In this document: positions 63,083 to 64,000 of the stretch, in pieces
Layout: each line of letters opens with the position of its first letter
Position numbering within the stretch: the stretch's first letter is position 1
NCBI GenBank assembly: GCA_963828215.1
Contig: CAWHFO010000047.1
Location: forward strand, 32,915 to 96,914
Length of the DNA stretch: 64,000 nucleotides
From: an uncultured Alphaproteobacteria bacterium
GTDB taxonomy: Bacteria; Pseudomonadota; Alphaproteobacteria; Geminicoccales; Geminicoccaceae
Direction: 5' to 3'
Notes under the pieces: generated by a model
What the model saw: only the letters and a program-made list of their open reading frames with translations
The model's database searches: none
What the model was told of the DNA's origin: nothing
Program-made: the position numbers and the translations under genes

Positions 63083-63154
63083 TCCCTCCCTCGATGCCGG
63101 CCCGGCTGCGCGGGTCGGCGGTCCACCGTTGCCGATCCGACGCCAGGGGGCAAG

Positions 63155-64000
63155 TTACGAAGCGCCCGTTGCCCAGGGGTTCTCGTCCAGCGGCCAGAGC
63201 GGCCGCCGCACCCGGGTGTAGGGCACCTTGCGGAGATCCCGGGGCAGCGGCCCGCCGCCGTCCAGATAGAGAACCTCCCGGGCGATCGGCGCGAACGCCG
63301 CATGGAAATGGTTGGTCGATTTGAGGCAGACGATCCGCTTCTTGCCGAGGTCGATCCCGAGCCCGGTGAAGAGATCGGTGCCGAGCGCCTGCGTGCGGCC
63401 GGCGATCAGCACGATCTCGATGCCGTCGATCTCTATCGCGGCGGCATCGCCCATCGACATGTGGCCGCCGGCGAAGCTCTGGCGGGCGTCGCGGACGAGG
63501 CGGCGCACCGTCACCAGCGCGTCGATCGGCAGGCCCGAGGCCGGCGCCGTCTTGCCGCCGAAGCGGAGCGGCAGCTTCGCGCCCTCGCCGGCGGCGAAGC
63601 AGAAGCGCACGGCTACCGGGTCCCACATCGGGCCGAACGCGACGTCCCGGACGCCGCGCTCCATGAGGCGGCGCAGCACGTGGGTCGAGTCGCCCGGGGC
63701 GCCGCCGCCCGGATTGTCGGACGGATCGGCGATCACCACGGGCTTGCCGGCCTCGGCCGCGAGCGCCCGGTCGATCGCCTCGTCCGCCGTCAGGAAGGGC
63801 GGCGTCGTGGTGCCGCGCAGCCCGATGAGCTCCCGGCCGAGACGCTCGGCCAGCCGGTCGCCGTCCGCCTTGCGGTCGTCGGTGACGACCAGGATGCGCG
63901 TGCCGAGATCGGGAACGTCGCCATAGGGAAAGCCGTGGGCGACCGAGATCGACAGCACGCCGTCCCGGCCCTCGAGCGCCTTGATGCGGTCGACGAAGCC
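63155..64000 (-). CDS. M81-family MlrC-like metallopeptidase, C-terminal part (5' end beyond window)
   Basis: The sequence reads VAHGFPYGDVPDLGTRILVVTD...ADPSDNPGGGAPGDSTHVLRRL...GIEIVLIAGRTQALGTDLFTGLGID...IVCLKSTNHFHAAF. The frame stays open to base 64000. Confidence 0.75.
   Translation of the reverse strand, partial: GFVDRIKALEGRDGVLSISVAHGFPYGDVPDLGTRILVVTDDRKADGDRLAERLGRELIGLRGTTTPPFLTADEAIDRALAAEAGKPVVIADPSDNPGGGAPGDSTHVLRRLMERGVRDVAFGPMWDPVAVRFCFAAGEGAKLPLRFGGKTAPASGLPIDALVTVRRLVRDARQSFAGGHMSMGDAAAIEIDGIEIVLIAGRTQALGTDLFTGLGIDLGKKRIVCLKSTNHFHAAFAPIAREVLYLDGGGPLPRDLRKVPYTRVRRPLWPLDENPWATGAS

Overview
The window is very GC-rich (about 70% by eye, not computed), densely coding, and looks alphaproteobacterial. 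I found no rRNA, tRNA or CRISPR array.

Layout:
- (1) 1-12.3 kb holds remnants of a photosynthesis gene cluster. A non-kinase bacteriophytochrome (5' partial) is followed by a gutted heme oxygenase and an ~85-aa PpsR stub. Next come a sulfatase, two insertion sequences (IS1595-family and IS630-family) and an alpha/beta hydrolase. After those lie intact bchG, a lhaA/pucC-like gene, bchP and a Tat-signal HiPIP.
- (2) 13.4-38.2 kb is a ~25-kb polysaccharide locus of the flippase/polymerase type. It encodes a secreted pectate-lyase-fold enzyme, an ExoP/Wzc-like co-polymerase kinase and an AsnB-type amidotransferase. It also has CelD-like and FemAB-like acyltransferases, two methyltransferases, four GT4 glycosyltransferases and a Wzy-like polymerase. 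The rest are a sulfotransferase, a MurJ/MOP flippase, a WecA-like initiating transferase, a deacetylase, a uronate 4-epimerase and a sugar 6-dehydrogenase.
- (3) 38.5-40.0 kb is an ECF sigma / RskA-like anti-sigma pair.
- (4) 40.1-43.4 kb is gatCAB.
- (5) 43.4-55.6 kb is mixed metabolism: a glycosyltransferase, cytochrome c, cyclase, Gfo/Idh/MocA oxidoreductase, aminotransferase, amidase, dienelactone hydrolase, rimO, a PhoD-like phosphatase, phnX and an FAD oxidoreductase.
- (6) 55.8-64.0 kb is a Dpp/Opp-type ABC importer with two tandem paralogous binding proteins and an MlrC-like peptidase (partial at the window end).

Main caveat: in at least 20 places a clearly recognisable protein continues in another frame after a single-base gain or loss. 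These include the normally indispensable gatA and gatB. I therefore treat most frame breaks as probable sequence or assembly indels, not as proof of pseudogenes.

I see no obvious defence or toxin system. The most unusual content is the heavily decorated polysaccharide locus and the decayed phytochrome/PpsR light-control module.
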